Source of the DNA: Amoebidium appalachense
Taxonomy: Eukaryota > Protista > Ichthyosporea
Assembly: GCA_963693365.1 (NCBI GenBank)
Contig: CAVNZM010000008.1
Span: forward strand, 2,695,572-2,759,571
DNA: 64,000 bases
Direction: 5' to 3'
A program made the position numbers and the translations under genes. Shown in pieces: positions 18,454 to 29,911 of this stretch (position 1 is its first letter; the number at the start of each line of letters is the position of its first letter). The notes beneath the pieces were generated by a model that was not told the origin of the DNA, did not search any database, and worked only from the letters and a program-made list of their open reading frames with translations.

Positions 18454-19758
18454 TCACGACAGAACGGGCACTCTAGCTGCTGCATTGAGAGCTGCCATGT
18501 GCTTATTCATAAAATACAAACTGCCCGATATGTCCAATGCAGTCACCGTCGCCGCGCAACGAATAGCCGCCGTCCACCCGTGAGAAACTGAAAGAATCGA
18601 ACCAGGCCAGATCAGATGTTGAATGACCAAGGCCAACATGATTGCTTCTATCCACACAAAAGAGCGAATATTCAGTTGGAAGTCACTAAAGACCACCGTT
18701 GCTTCCTTGGTGATGACAACAAAGTAGAGGAACACGCCGCCGTACACGGTAATGGGGATGAAGACGGAGCCCATGGCCCAGTGCTGCGAGGTATTGTAGT
18801 TGTACTTGAAGGCCCACACCAAAAGAGCGGCCACAACCACGAAAATGACGATAAACTGAACCCAAAAATACTTCCAGTAGTTCACGTTCTTCACCTTCAC
18901 GCCAACCGTCCTGTTGAACAATTGAGCAATCATGTATTGTCTCTGTACAAACGCCGCAATCATAACCAACACGAATGAGATAGACAGGGTTGACCACAGG
19001 AAGGTATGCAACCGCAGGTCTTTTTCCAGCTTCCTCAGCGCCGGCTCGCTTGCTGGGGTTAAATTTGGCGGGATATCCACGAATAAAAGGCAGGCGTTCA
19101 GCGCGAGAGCGGAAGAACTTATCATGGTGAAGGCAGCAGCAACGAAAAAATGAATGAGAAACGGGCGGCCGCGGGACTTCACCACCTTTGCGTTTCTGTG
19201 TACAAAAAGAGCGATAATGACTGCCACAAGAATAATCGTCTGGATTACGATGGGTACAAGGACGATGTGCTCGATTTTATGCGCCACCTCGATAGCCTGT
19301 GCAACGGTTTTGGGGTAGGCATGTGTGAGTTTCAAAAGTGTTTTCAAGTTAGCCACCCTGTCAACGCCGGTTGAGTTGCTTTTCATGCCGTCGAATGTAG
19401 TTTTGATCTCATTTCCCAGCCACAGCAAGAGGGACAAAGGTGCTGTGTTGTTATCAGACACGCGAAAACAGAGCACCAGGGCACCTATTTCCATAGAGGA
19501 AATGGCTGTGAATACTACTGCGAAAGTCAACCACGAGCTTCTTTGGTATTGCTTGTGTGCTTTCTTGGCTTCTGCCGCCCTAGCTGCGTTTCTCTCTCTT
19601 TCCCTCTTTCTCTTCGTCGCTAGTGCATCTACGGTGGTTTGAAGACTCGCATTGCTCAAGTCTTTCCTTGGGTTTTTGTCTTTCCCACCCGTTTTAATGG
19701 TGGTTGAGTCGCTAGAAAGGGCACCGAAAGATTCGATAGAAGAGAAAGTCGAAGTCAT
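18454..19758 (-). CDS. Intronless multi-pass membrane protein resembling a family-3 (class C) GPCR 7TM domain with one extra N-terminal TM
   Basis: 434-aa ORF with eight hydrophobic segments. IALFVHRNAKVVKSRGRPFL resembles the class C TM1-ICL1-TM2 pattern; AAFVQRQYMIAQLF resembles the TM3 end; ITKEATVVFSD resembles the ICL3 'tR.v...FnE' pattern; SLYFMNK resembles the TM7 'lfxPK' end. The family call is by eye. Confidence 0.7.
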   Translation of the reverse strand: MTSTFSSIESFGALSSDSTTIKTGGKDKNPRKDLSNASLQTTVDALATKRKRERERNAARAAEAKKAHKQYQRSSWLTFAVVFTAISSMEIGALVLCFRVSDNNTAPLSLLLWLGNEIKTTFDGMKSNSTGVDRVANLKTLLKLTHAYPKTVAQAIEVAHKIEHIVLVPIVIQTIILVAVIIALFVHRNAKVVKSRGRPFLIHFFVAAAFTMISSSALALNACLLFVDIPPNLTPASEPALRKLEKDLRLHTFLWSTLSISFVLVMIAAFVQRQYMIAQLFNRTVGVKVKNVNYWKYFWVQFIVIFVVVAALLVWAFKYNYNTSQHWAMGSVFIPITVYGGVFLYFVVITKEATVVFSDFQLNIRSFVWIEAIMLALVIQHLIWPGSILSVSHGWTAAIRCAATVTALDISGSLYFMNKHMAALNAAARVPVLS

Positions 19759-20244
19759 GGTGGCGTCTTTAACTATGAGATTACAGCACTAGGTGTTTAC
19801 CCTATGGAAGTGTTCGTAAGAACATCTATCAGGTCATGCTTAAAGATGGAAAAGATAAAATGTGAAGGAGGGGGATAGCTGGTGTGTACGTATGAGGGGG
19901 GTTAAAAAGAACAAATAAGGAAGTTTACACAACAACAACAAAGTACTGAACACTGTAAAAGAGTGGCAGTGTGACAGTGAGGTCACGTCGTAATGAGCTG
20001 TCGCTGTTTGTTTCAGTGGGTCAATAGGCGTTTAGCGATTCCGAATAGAACTACTATATTCTTCGCCTCTCGATTGGCTGCATGGCCAATAAAATGCAGG
20101 GTTATAATGCAAAGGAGTCACGGGTGAATAATGTGACCCAACGACGCTACAGCTGCGGTAGTTGGTGTGACTTGGTGGAATATCATAACACTTCTTCTAT
20201 AGTTTGAAAGGCTTGAACCACAACTGCTGTACACTAATTATTAA

Positions 20245-20292
<48 letters not shown>

Positions 20293-20357
20293 CATGTTGT
20301 TCAATGTATGTTTAGTGGTACTGGTTGCGGCATTTGCGTGTACATCATCGGTAGATA

Positions 20358-20410
<53 letters not shown>

Positions 20411-20618
20411 ACCACCAAAAAAAAAGTATTGTGGATTTTCAACTTAGGTTGCTTCTGTCGGTTTTATTGCTCTCTTGTGGCTCACAACAATCTGGTCCCC
20501 GGGACCCCCACTACTACATCAATACATACGGTTACACATGCCTATGGTCGCAGATCGATCAACTTGTATGGACTAAGTCTGGGCTGTATACACACGTATC
20601 CACACTGGCTACGTGCCT

Positions 20619-20681
<63 letters not shown>

Positions 20682-20760
20682 ACACCTAACCTTGCCCCTA
20701 AGAGGTACACTAACCCAAAGAAGCTAGACGGGGGACTAAAAAGCGCGGGCGGGAGGGTGG

Positions 20761-20925
20761 GCTAGAGAGAGCAGCGACGGGGGACAAAAAGTGAGGGTGA
20801 TTTAACCATCACCCGCTTTTTATAGTACCCTAAAAAGCTGCTACTGTGCCTATTGGGTGATCACTTCGATCTCCCAATATGGCACTACTAAGTTTAGAAA
20901 ATCTGGATTTCCCAAATCAACGATT
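20761..20925. repeat. Direct repeat A (internal copy) of the YR element
   Basis: Identical to 23143-23315 except for an 8-nt indel (CTGACTGT). Confidence 0.95.
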
Positions 20926-20926
20926 T

Positions 20927-22210
20927 TCAACTTCGGTTGCTAGCTATGTCCATAATTCTGCCAACTACAAGCTTACATAACCCAACATTGCTAAGCCAAT
21001 TCACCTGCGGACGCGGGCGGCCGGGCACCCTGCAACATTCCGAAGTAGAGCCAGTCGTCGGCCGTAGGGATGTGGCCGAGGCCGTAGTGGGACACGGGGG
21101 TCGGCTGCCAAGCTGCCACACACCCAGCCACGACACAAACGCCTCGTCCACAAGCAGGGCACGGCAGGCGCCCACCAGGCCATGGCGCAGGCAGTGCCAC
21201 GTGACGCCTGCAGCCTCGGTGGCGAGCACCCCCACATGGCGCAACTCGGCGCGCAGCCAATCGTTTCCCACTTTGGGTGACGCTTTGGGCACGAGCAGCG
21301 CAGTACGGGAGGGTAGAGCTGCCAGCATGTGGTGGAACGCCGACGCACACACCGCCGGAACGACTCGATGCCGTACGGGGGGACGGAGAACTTTCCCCCC
21401 TGCCTGCTTGATAGCCTGAAAGGAGAGGGTGACACGGGCAAGACCCTCGGCACTGACCGGGCCGACAACAACATCTTCGCCGCGGAGCGTAGACACTGAA
21501 CCCCACCGAAGGCCAAACAGGTAGCTGGCAGCCACGGCCCCCAACCACCGGGCACCGTCGCCTGACGTGTGCCCCCGCTGCAACAAGCCGGTGAACCAGG
21601 AAGCGTCGAAACGCGACAACTCCGCTGGCGGGGGCCGAACTTTGAGCACGGCGGACGAATAGGACTTCTTGACCATGGCGATGGTGGAGGCGTCGACATA
21701 TGGCAGCCGCCAGAGCTCATGCACCTTGCGCAGGGCGTAAAGCTTGCTGTCCAGACTTGGAGGTTCGTACCCTTGTTTGAACAGGTCGGCAGCATAGGCC
21801 AGCAGGGTGCCGGACGATGTCGGCCACGGCTGCAGACGGTTGGCGGCACAAAATTGGACGTATCGAAACACATCTGACTGATAGACTCTCCAGGTCTTGT
21901 CGCTAAGAAAACCCTCCAGCAACAAACTGGCCTCGGCCCGAACCCCTTCCGGCATAGAGGCCACCACAGCTGCCTTCCACTCCTGGAAGTTGCCCAGGGC
22001 AGGGGCCTGCAACGGGCCCACCGGCACCGGTGTTGGCGCCGGGGCAGCCGGCCTGGCCGGGGGCGGAGGAGGGAGGGTAGCGGCTGCGGGGGCCGGCGGT
22101 GGCGGTTCGGGCGCGGGGTCTGGCTGGTTGTTGACTGGGCCTGGCTGCGGCGCCGGGACTGGCCGTTGGGCCGGCACGGGCGGATAGAAATTTATAAACG
22201 CATGCAACAT
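20927..22210 (-). CDS. Tyrosine recombinase (phage-integrase family) with Pro-rich N-terminus; catalytic Tyr shifted out of frame
   Basis: Core-binding-domain-like region LSDKTWRVYQSDVFRYVQFC...LLAYAADL. Catalytic motifs FGLRWGS (R), AIKQ (K), TWHCLRHG (HxxR) and LGVW (W). TPVSHY (probable catalytic Y) lies in the adjacent frame after a 1-nt deletion near 21102; that frame stops at 20991. Confidence 0.88.
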   Translation of the reverse strand: MLHAFINFYPPVPAQRPVPAPQPGPVNNQPDPAPEPPPPAPAAATLPPPPPARPAAPAPTPVPVGPLQAPALGNFQEWKAAVVASMPEGVRAEASLLLEGFLSDKTWRVYQSDVFRYVQFCAANRLQPWPTSSGTLLAYAADLFKQGYEPPSLDSKLYALRKVHELWRLPYVDASTIAMVKKSYSSAVLKVRPPPAELSRFDASWFTGLLQRGHTSGDGARWLGAVAASYLFGLRWGSVSTLRGEDVVVGPVSAEGLARVTLSFQAIKQAGGKVLRPPVRHRVVPAVCASAFHHMLAALPSRTALLVPKASPKVGNDWLRAELRHVGVLATEAAGVTWHCLRHGLVGACRALLVDEAFVSWLGVWQLGSRPPCPTTASATSLRPTTGSTSECCRVPGRPRPQVNWLSNVGLCKLVVGRIMDIASNRS

Positions 22211-22230
22211 GATTTAATATTTTCCCCACA

Positions 22231-23037
22231 CTAATGTACAGTAATATACAAGAGGCGACGAGTGAACTGCCCGCCGCAAGTGCCCCGGCCCACTGGCCGG
22301 GGGTGCGGCACTACGGTCGTCATGCCGGCGGCGCCCCCGCTGGGGGGAGGCCCACGGCCCCCTGCCCCTTTTCCGTCCACGCCCCCACTTGGGGCACCAC
22401 CATCGCTGCCACCGGCCCCCTTGGCACGCTGCACCAGGTTGAGCTCGGCCTCTTTCTTTCTTGCCTCCGCAAGGCCCCTGGACCATCTTCAAGTTGACGA
22501 GAGCTGGGGGTAATAGTCGCGCTCCATATTGGCCCGCACGACCTGGGCAAACGCACCACCCTCAGTAGCCCTGATGTGCTGGTAAGTCACACGGTCGCCT
22601 ACCAGGTTGAGGATGTCGCCCACCATGCTCCATGTCAGGTCGAGCCGCCGCCGCAGGTGGGTAGCTTCGTCTTCATCGGGCAGCCGCGGCATAGCAGCCA
22701 CGGCGTTGTAGAGATGCAGGAGGGCGTTGCCCAAGCCCCCAGCAAACTCCACTTCTTCACGGACCGCCTGGCTGAGTTCACTGCGCTCAAACCCTAGGTG
22801 CTCAACAGGAATCGGACCAGGCCCGTTGCTGAGGGAGTCCTCCACCACGAACCGGGCAAAGCCGCCGAAGGCAGGGTGCATGGTTACCGAACCTTGGCGT
22901 TGCACCGGCACCAACGGCAGTTCGGAGAAGCCCCAGTTGCGCCCAAGTCGCTCACGGCGGACCTCGTTACTCTCGACAGCATCGCCAGAAATGAGGCGGC
23001 AAAGCTCCGCAAGATAAGCTGAGTAGTTGGCGTCCAT
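22231..23037 (-). pseudogene. ORF1 (gag-like position) of the YR element, interrupted by one in-frame TGA
   Basis: MDANYSAYLAELC...DYYPQLSST*RWSRGLAEARKKEAELNLVQRAKGAGG... continues in the same frame past TGA (22489-22491) to TAG at 22231. It has a helical body with a Gly-rich tail. The gag-like call is positional inference. Confidence 0.6.
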
Positions 23038-23142
23038 TCTAGTCACTACTAGACTGGCGGGAGCAATATAACGACGTGCAGGACGGAAAGTTATAAGTAT
23101 ACAGACAGGCGCATGATTGCTACCTAATCACCAACCGTCACT

Positions 23143-23315
23143 GCTAGAGAGAGCAGCGACGGGGGACAAAAAGTGAGGGTGATTTAACCATCACCCGCTT
23201 TTTATAGTACCCTAAAAAGCTGCTACTGTCTGACTGTGCCTATTGGGTGATCACTTCGATCTCCCAATATGGCACTACTAAGTTTAGAAAATCTGGATTT
23301 CCCAAATCAACGATT
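23143..23315. repeat. Direct repeat A (terminal copy) of the YR element
   Basis: Matches 20761-20925. Confidence 0.95.
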
Positions 23316-23451
23316 GTAGAAAATTTCGAAGTCTGATCAGAATGCAGGAATTCACATTCCTGAGGATAATTCCTCATGGTGTGGATTGTAGAAAATTTCG
23401 AAGTCTGATCAGAATGCAGGAACTCACATTCCTGAGGATAATTCCTCATGG
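23312..23451. repeat. 72-bp tandem duplication; the first unit is interrupted by the YR element
   Basis: GATTGTAGAAAATTTCGAAGTCTGATCAGAATGCAGGAAYTCACATTCCTGAGGATAATTCCTCATGG occurs twice, starting at 23312 and 23384, with one mismatch. Confidence 0.95.
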
Positions 23452-23571
23452 GCTTGTACCACATGCATTAGGGGTGACAATTACTGTCATATGTCCACTG
23501 ACTTGCAGGTGGCTGTGCGTACGGGTGTTTTTCTTTCTTTTTGTTTCCGTTCCTTTTTTTTAAACGTGTGT

Positions 23572-23625
<54 letters not shown>

Positions 23626-23827
23626 CACTGTGTGTGTACGTGTGTGTGTGTGCGTGTGTGGAGGCCCACTCAGCATGTGTGCCGGTGCGGGTGTGAATAT
23701 TACATAGCACCTGAAGTGAATGAAGAACACCGTAGTCCGAGATGTGTGTGGATGCACCAGGATGCATCACTCGGTGTACACGACACATGTGTACGCGAGT
23801 TTTGGCAGCACATGATTACAGCATCGT

Positions 23828-23881
<54 letters not shown>

Positions 23882-23898
23882 CACACAAACACACACAC

Positions 23899-23934
<36 letters not shown>

Positions 23935-24215
23935 TAATATCACATAATGCACGTTCACGTCCAACTATATATGCCAACTTGTTATTGAACAAAACCCACA
24001 CTAATTCTACGTATTCTTCGTTGCACACTTATCATGATACTGCATAATCATTCACATCGAATGTGCGGGCTAGCAGTAAGACCTACAACTGGCCCACGCA
24101 CGTGCTTCTACCATCATATGATTCACTTGACTTAGCATGAGAATCAGAACGGCCTATGAGAACACTAAGTTACTCATGCTCAGTTAGATAGGTATAAATA
24201 ACAACATTCCCCCCC

Positions 24216-24274
<59 letters not shown>

Positions 24275-25476
24275 AAACGCTTCTGTTCAAACACAATGCT
24301 ATTGTGAGTTGAACCGTTAGCTCGACTCTTCTCTGTATCATAAGTTATAATCCGTAGGGCTGGTGCTAGCATCAAACAAACAAGTCCCGGGGCCCCCTGG
24401 CAAACGAAAGTGAAGTTTGCAATACTTGGTGCTAATATTAGTTTCTCTTTCGCCCCAATACTCACTTTTAGGTCGTAGGTGGTGTAAAAAAGCCGCTTTC
24501 CGGCGCGGAAGCATCGGATCCTGTTGAGCCTCCCATGAACTGATGGCGGTAGATAAGCGAACGCGTTACTTCCATATATGGCTATTACTGTTTTGCTTTT
24601 TCAACCTGATTGGTGGGGCGTCTGCCCTATTGGGGTCAGCAGCATTGCATGATGACGCGCCGTGACCGTTGAAGGCAAACAAAAAACCTCGTGCACACAG
24701 TACTGTAGGAAAACAACTTGAGTTTTGCGACGCTCCTTGGGTTTGACCTGAACGAAAGCACGGTGTTTTCGATGCCCGTGCGTTTGTGTTTGCTGTTGTG
24801 ATTCGGACTGTTTGTGTGGGTTTGAAGTCTTTTGATTGCGCGACTGTACAGCCATCCGTGCACTCTGTCAAGACTTTGACTTGCGGCATTGCAACACCGT
24901 TCTTTGAAAGACCCGATTATTAAAAAACATCAAAGAAGCGTTGTGTTCTCCCCCTAGAAAATGACGCGTGCTACGGTGTTGCAGCAAGCGAAGGCTCAGG
25001 CGCTTAAAACTGGGCCTCTGAAGCAGATCAACACAGGAAAGGTGGGTCTCCAACCCCCCCCCCCCCCCCCCCCCCCCTCCCTTCCCAAACTCAAAAGAGA
25101 AAAAAAAAAGGGGGGCCCCAACATCTATATTTTTCGCTTACAGGAATCGCTGGATATATTTGGTATTTCGTAATGAGAAGTTAAGGAATTGTTGTTTGTC
25201 TTTTTTTGAAGATCACACAGGATATTTACTTAATTACTGGGATGTTGCAGAAGTAACACCCCTGCACGAGCAGGTGTTACGGACGTTGTGGAAACTAGAT
25301 CTGTTATAAATTTTATCCCCCATCTTCCTCCCTTTTCCTCTCTTTTTTTCCCAACCCTACTTCAATTATGCAATGGCCCTCTTTGTTTTTATAGTTTCTT
25401 TTCACCTGGTGTTGGTGTGCGTACACCAGCCTGTTGTGCCCTGCATTAATATACAACTCTGCCTACAAAGGCGGTA

Positions 25477-25825
25477 ATGGCAGATTCCAAAGATCCCAAC
25501 GTGAAACCCGCCACCACCACTGCTCCTTCTTCCTCTACTTCCACCCCTTCCGTGAGTGGTGCTGTCAAGGACACAAAACAGAAACAGAACGAGAAGATTG
25601 AAAAGGGGAAGGAGCCAAAGAATGATGCCAAGGGGAAGGAAAAGGCAGGGGAGAATGAGCCGTCTCTGTTTGACATGGGGGAGATGATGTTGAAGGACGT
25701 GTACGGCAAGGTATGTGGCTGGTGTTGTGGGGGTTTGGTCGTGCTTGAAAGAGAAAGGGGAAGAGTGTTTCTTGCTTCTTTTTGTTTTTTTTATTGTTGT
25801 TATTGTTGTTGTTGTTGTTGTTATT

Positions 25826-25870
<45 letters not shown>

Positions 25871-25914
25871 ATTATTATTATTATTATTATTATTCTTGTT
25901 GTTGTTGTTGTTAT

Positions 25915-25949
<35 letters not shown>

Positions 25950-26116
25950 CTTGCATTGTGTTTTATGTGTTCGTCTTTATATTTTTTGTTCGACTCTGTT
26001 TTCGTCTTTTTTGTTGTTCCGGGTGAGAAAAAGCTGCTGTGGATGTGGGTATGCTTTGTGGGGAAGGGGGGTGGTGTGTGTGTGTGTGTGGGTGAATGTT
26101 TGAGGTGTGTGTGTGT

Positions 26117-26177
<61 letters not shown>

Positions 26178-26376
26178 CTGCTGCAAGTGTGTGTTATAGC
26201 GTTCGTGTTTTTTGCTTAAAGGATGGGCTAAAAAGATGTATCTGTCTGTTTTTTATTGGGAGGAGGAGAGGGGAGACAATATGAAGCAGTGTACAAGCAG
26301 ATTGGGTGAAATTAGGAAGTGTCTTCCATACATTTCAAATACTTCTTTCACACGCGTCACGCACGCAGGCACGCAG

Positions 26377-26422
<46 letters not shown>

Positions 26423-26503
26423 GCGCACATGCACACGCACGCACAGGCACACACTCACTCGCACCGACGCACACACCTACGCGCATGCATCCACGCGCAC
26501 ACA

Positions 26504-26573
<70 letters not shown>

Positions 26574-26593
26574 AACACGTGCGCGCGCGCGCA

Positions 26594-26633
<40 letters not shown>

Positions 26634-27032
26634 CCAAGTACGTGAACCCCAGTGAGGAGGACCACCAGATGCTTTTGATGCAACTGCAGATGCAGCTGGC
26701 TGACGGGGGCAGAGAGACAATCATCGAACTGGGCGCTGGTGGTATGTCTAATCGGACCGATCCGTTGATGTGATTTGTTACAGTATTGAACTGGGTGCTG
26801 GTGGTATGTCTAATCGGACCGATCCGTTGATGTGATTGGTTACAGTATTGAAAAGGGTTGCTGGTGTATTTCTAGTCAGTATGAATAATCTACTGATTCG
26901 GTGATATCAATGTATTTGAGTGCTATATTGGGATTGAGATGGGAGAAGATGGAAGTGTGTTCGTGTTTATTGATAATGATCACCATTAATATATCATCGT
27001 TATTATTGTTGTTGTTGTTGTTGTTTTAATGA

Positions 27033-27104
<72 letters not shown>

Positions 27105-27721
27105 GGGGGGGGGGGGGGGGGAGGGGGGCTTGTAAGAAATTCAAAGAAGGAGGAAGGGGGAAGGGAAGGTGTGTGTTATAATAATTAATTCATGTGAGTT
27201 GTGGTGGATGGTAGGAAGTAGATGTGCTAAGCATTTAGTGAAATTCAAAGGTGTCGTTTTCCCATTCATGCTTACACGATTACTGGCATACACACCGAAA
27301 AACAAACAAAAAAAAAATACTAGAAATACATTTGTTCATGTATACTTAAAACACCGGAATTCCCAACAGAAAACGGGGAGCCACCCGGGCTGAGTGCCGA
27401 ACAGTTGGAGCAGTCGGTGGCCACCCTCAAGGCGCTGGCCAAGTCGTGTGAGGCCCAAATTTCGGTAAGTGAAAAGTCAAAATTCGTTATTTTTGTGTCG
27501 AAATCCTTTTCCTTTTTTCTTTTTTTCCCGGGGAAAAAAAAAGGGGGGGGGGGGGGGGGGGGGGGGGGGGCTGGGGGGGGAAGGGGGGCTGAAACTTGAG
27601 GAAAAGGAAGGTAGGTGCATATTTTTTTTTCTTTTTTCTTTTTTCTTTCTTTCTTTCTTTCTTTCTTTTCTTTTTTATTTTGTTGTTGTGGTGGGGGATG
27701 GTGTGTGTGTGTGTGTGTGGT

Positions 27722-27765
<44 letters not shown>

Positions 27766-28213
27766 CGTTGTGTGGCAAATCCAGTGCATATCTGTGTTTG
27801 GAATTTGGGAATGTTGCGAAGAAATTTTTGGTTGCTTTTCTGTGAAGTTCTGGTGGAGGGGTTAGACAGGGTGTTTGGGGAGGGGAGGGAGTGTGTGTGT
27901 GTGTGTGTGTGTGTTGTGTTTGGGGGGGGGGGGGGGGGGGTTATGAAGAGAAGGTGGATTTTTTATTTTATTTTTTATTCTATTTATTTATTTATTTTAT
28001 TTATTTATTTATTTATTTTTTTTTTTTTGGGGGGGGGGGGGGGGTGATGCTAGTGAGTGCAACTGAAATGAAAGCCATGTGTGCTGAATTTTATTTTGCA
28101 GCTGTTGCGGCAGCACGAATCAGAGACCGGGCTAGTAGCCGAATACCTAATTAGGCAGGAGGAGGAGGAGACGGAGTTCACAGAAGTCAGTGCTTGTAAC
28201 CCCCCCCCCCCTC

Positions 28214-28304
<91 letters not shown>

Positions 28305-28992
28305 ACAGCGACCACCATACTAGGAAGGTAGGAAGGGAAAAAAAGGGGGGGGGGGGAGAAGCAGTTAACACAAACAGTTGTCAATGCATCTCCCACCGGC
28401 CACCAACATTTTAACCAGCACCCTTTTCCCCGTATTAGGCACGCCAAAAAAGAAAGAGGCAGGGAAGGGCTCCGCGGTGTGTGTGTGTGGGTGTGTGTGT
28501 GTGTGGGGGGGGGGGGGCTACACGTTCTAGTGTTACCCATGGTGGTCATGCTAGTACATACCTACTGACACTACTAACACACACACACAAACTCATACAC
28601 CCACAGACAGACAATGCACGGATGCGAACAAAAAAGCACATACACATACTTTGACACACACACGTGTGTGTAACCATACACACACTCACGGTTAGGCGCA
28701 CACACACAGGCGCACGTACACTCACATATACGCATGCGTGCGCATGCACACACGCACGCGCGCGTGTACACGTACACGTACACACACACACACACGTACA
28801 CGCACACACACGTACACGTACACGCACACACACACGTACACGCACACGTACACGCACACACACACGTATAGGTGCGCATAGCCGTGACAGGCAATGTAGA
28901 TGCCGGTAAGTCCACCTTCCTTGGGGTGCTCACCTATGGTGGCCTGGATAACGGCAGAGGGCTCTCACGGCAAAAACTGTTCCGTCACAAGG

Positions 28993-29040
<48 letters not shown>

Positions 29041-29430
29041 ACCCCCCCTCCCCCCTCCTCCCCTCCCCCCACCCTCCCCCTCTCTTTCCCCCCCCCCCCC
29101 CCCCCCCCCCCTCAAAAAAAAAAAAAAAAAGAAAGAAAGAAAAAACTCAAATAGATGCACATTCCTATTTGTGTGTTGTGTGTGTGTGTGCTCCTGAAAA
29201 GTCTGTGTTGTGTTGCTTCTCGTGGATGTGTACTTCGTAGTCTGCAACCTATACTTCCCCTCGCTTCTTGCCCGTCCCCCCCCCCCCCCCCCCCCCCCCT
29301 CCCCCGGCCCCCTCTTCTCCGCTGTCCTCCCAACGCACACACACAGACACACCAACGCACAGTGCCCTTGCCTGCAGACACACACATGCATGCACACTTG
29401 CCTGCACCCATCCACGCACAGAATTGTTGA

Positions 29431-29465
<35 letters not shown>

Positions 29466-29868
29466 ACCACCACCACCACACACACACACACAGCACGAGT
29501 TGGAGACAGGCCGTACCTCGAGTGTTGGGCAGGAGATATTGGGCTTTGACACCACTGGGGCCATAGTCAACCACCAAGTCAACGAGAGACACGGGGACCA
29601 CCACAGAGCAACCCCCCAGCAGAACTGGGCTGATATCTGTGCAAAGGTGGATGCCTGCCTGCCTGCTTCCTTCTCCCCCCTCCTAACTCCTTCCACCCCT
29701 TTCTCCTCTTTCTCCTGTCTTTTCTCCTCCTTCTTGCAGGCATAGCGGGAGCGGGGAAGGGCGTGCGTGTACGTGTCCTTCGTACTTCGTACTCTGTAAC
29801 ACCGTCTAACTTTTCTTCACCACAACTCTTCACATCCACACACACAGACACACACACACACACACACA

Positions 29869-29911
<43 letters not shown>

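Larger units (their letters stand above)
20434..23315 (-). mobile_element. Tyrosine-recombinase element with split direct repeats (DIRS-order PAT/Ngaro-like layout), lacking RT/RNase H
   Basis: Bounded by GATT at 20434-20437 and 23312-23315. Direct repeat A lies at 20761-20925 and 23143-23315. A 20-nt terminal motif GATTTTCAACTTnGGTTGCT occurs at 20434 and 20922. The GC-rich interior has two co-oriented ORFs. Confidence 0.85.

Noticed and set aside
21001-21873. 290-aa and other overlapping ORFs within the YR gene
   Set aside because: Alternative frames of GC-rich coding sequence with no RT or RNase H motifs (no YxDD). Only the last part of the 20991-21548 frame is meaningful, as the YR C-terminus.
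20761-23315. LTR retrotransposon interpretation of the two A repeats
   Set aside because: No TG...CA ends, PBS/PPT, protease, RT or DDE integrase. The encoded enzyme is a tyrosine recombinase and the element extends to 20434.
23312-23451. Repeat pair resembling a mini CRISPR array
   Set aside because: Two contiguous 72-bp units with no unique spacers, no cas genes and a eukaryotic context. It is a simple tandem duplication.
25782-25920. Poly-Leu/poly-Cys/poly-Val ORFs
   Set aside because: (TTG)n/(TTA)n trinucleotide microsatellite in GTPBP1 intron 1.
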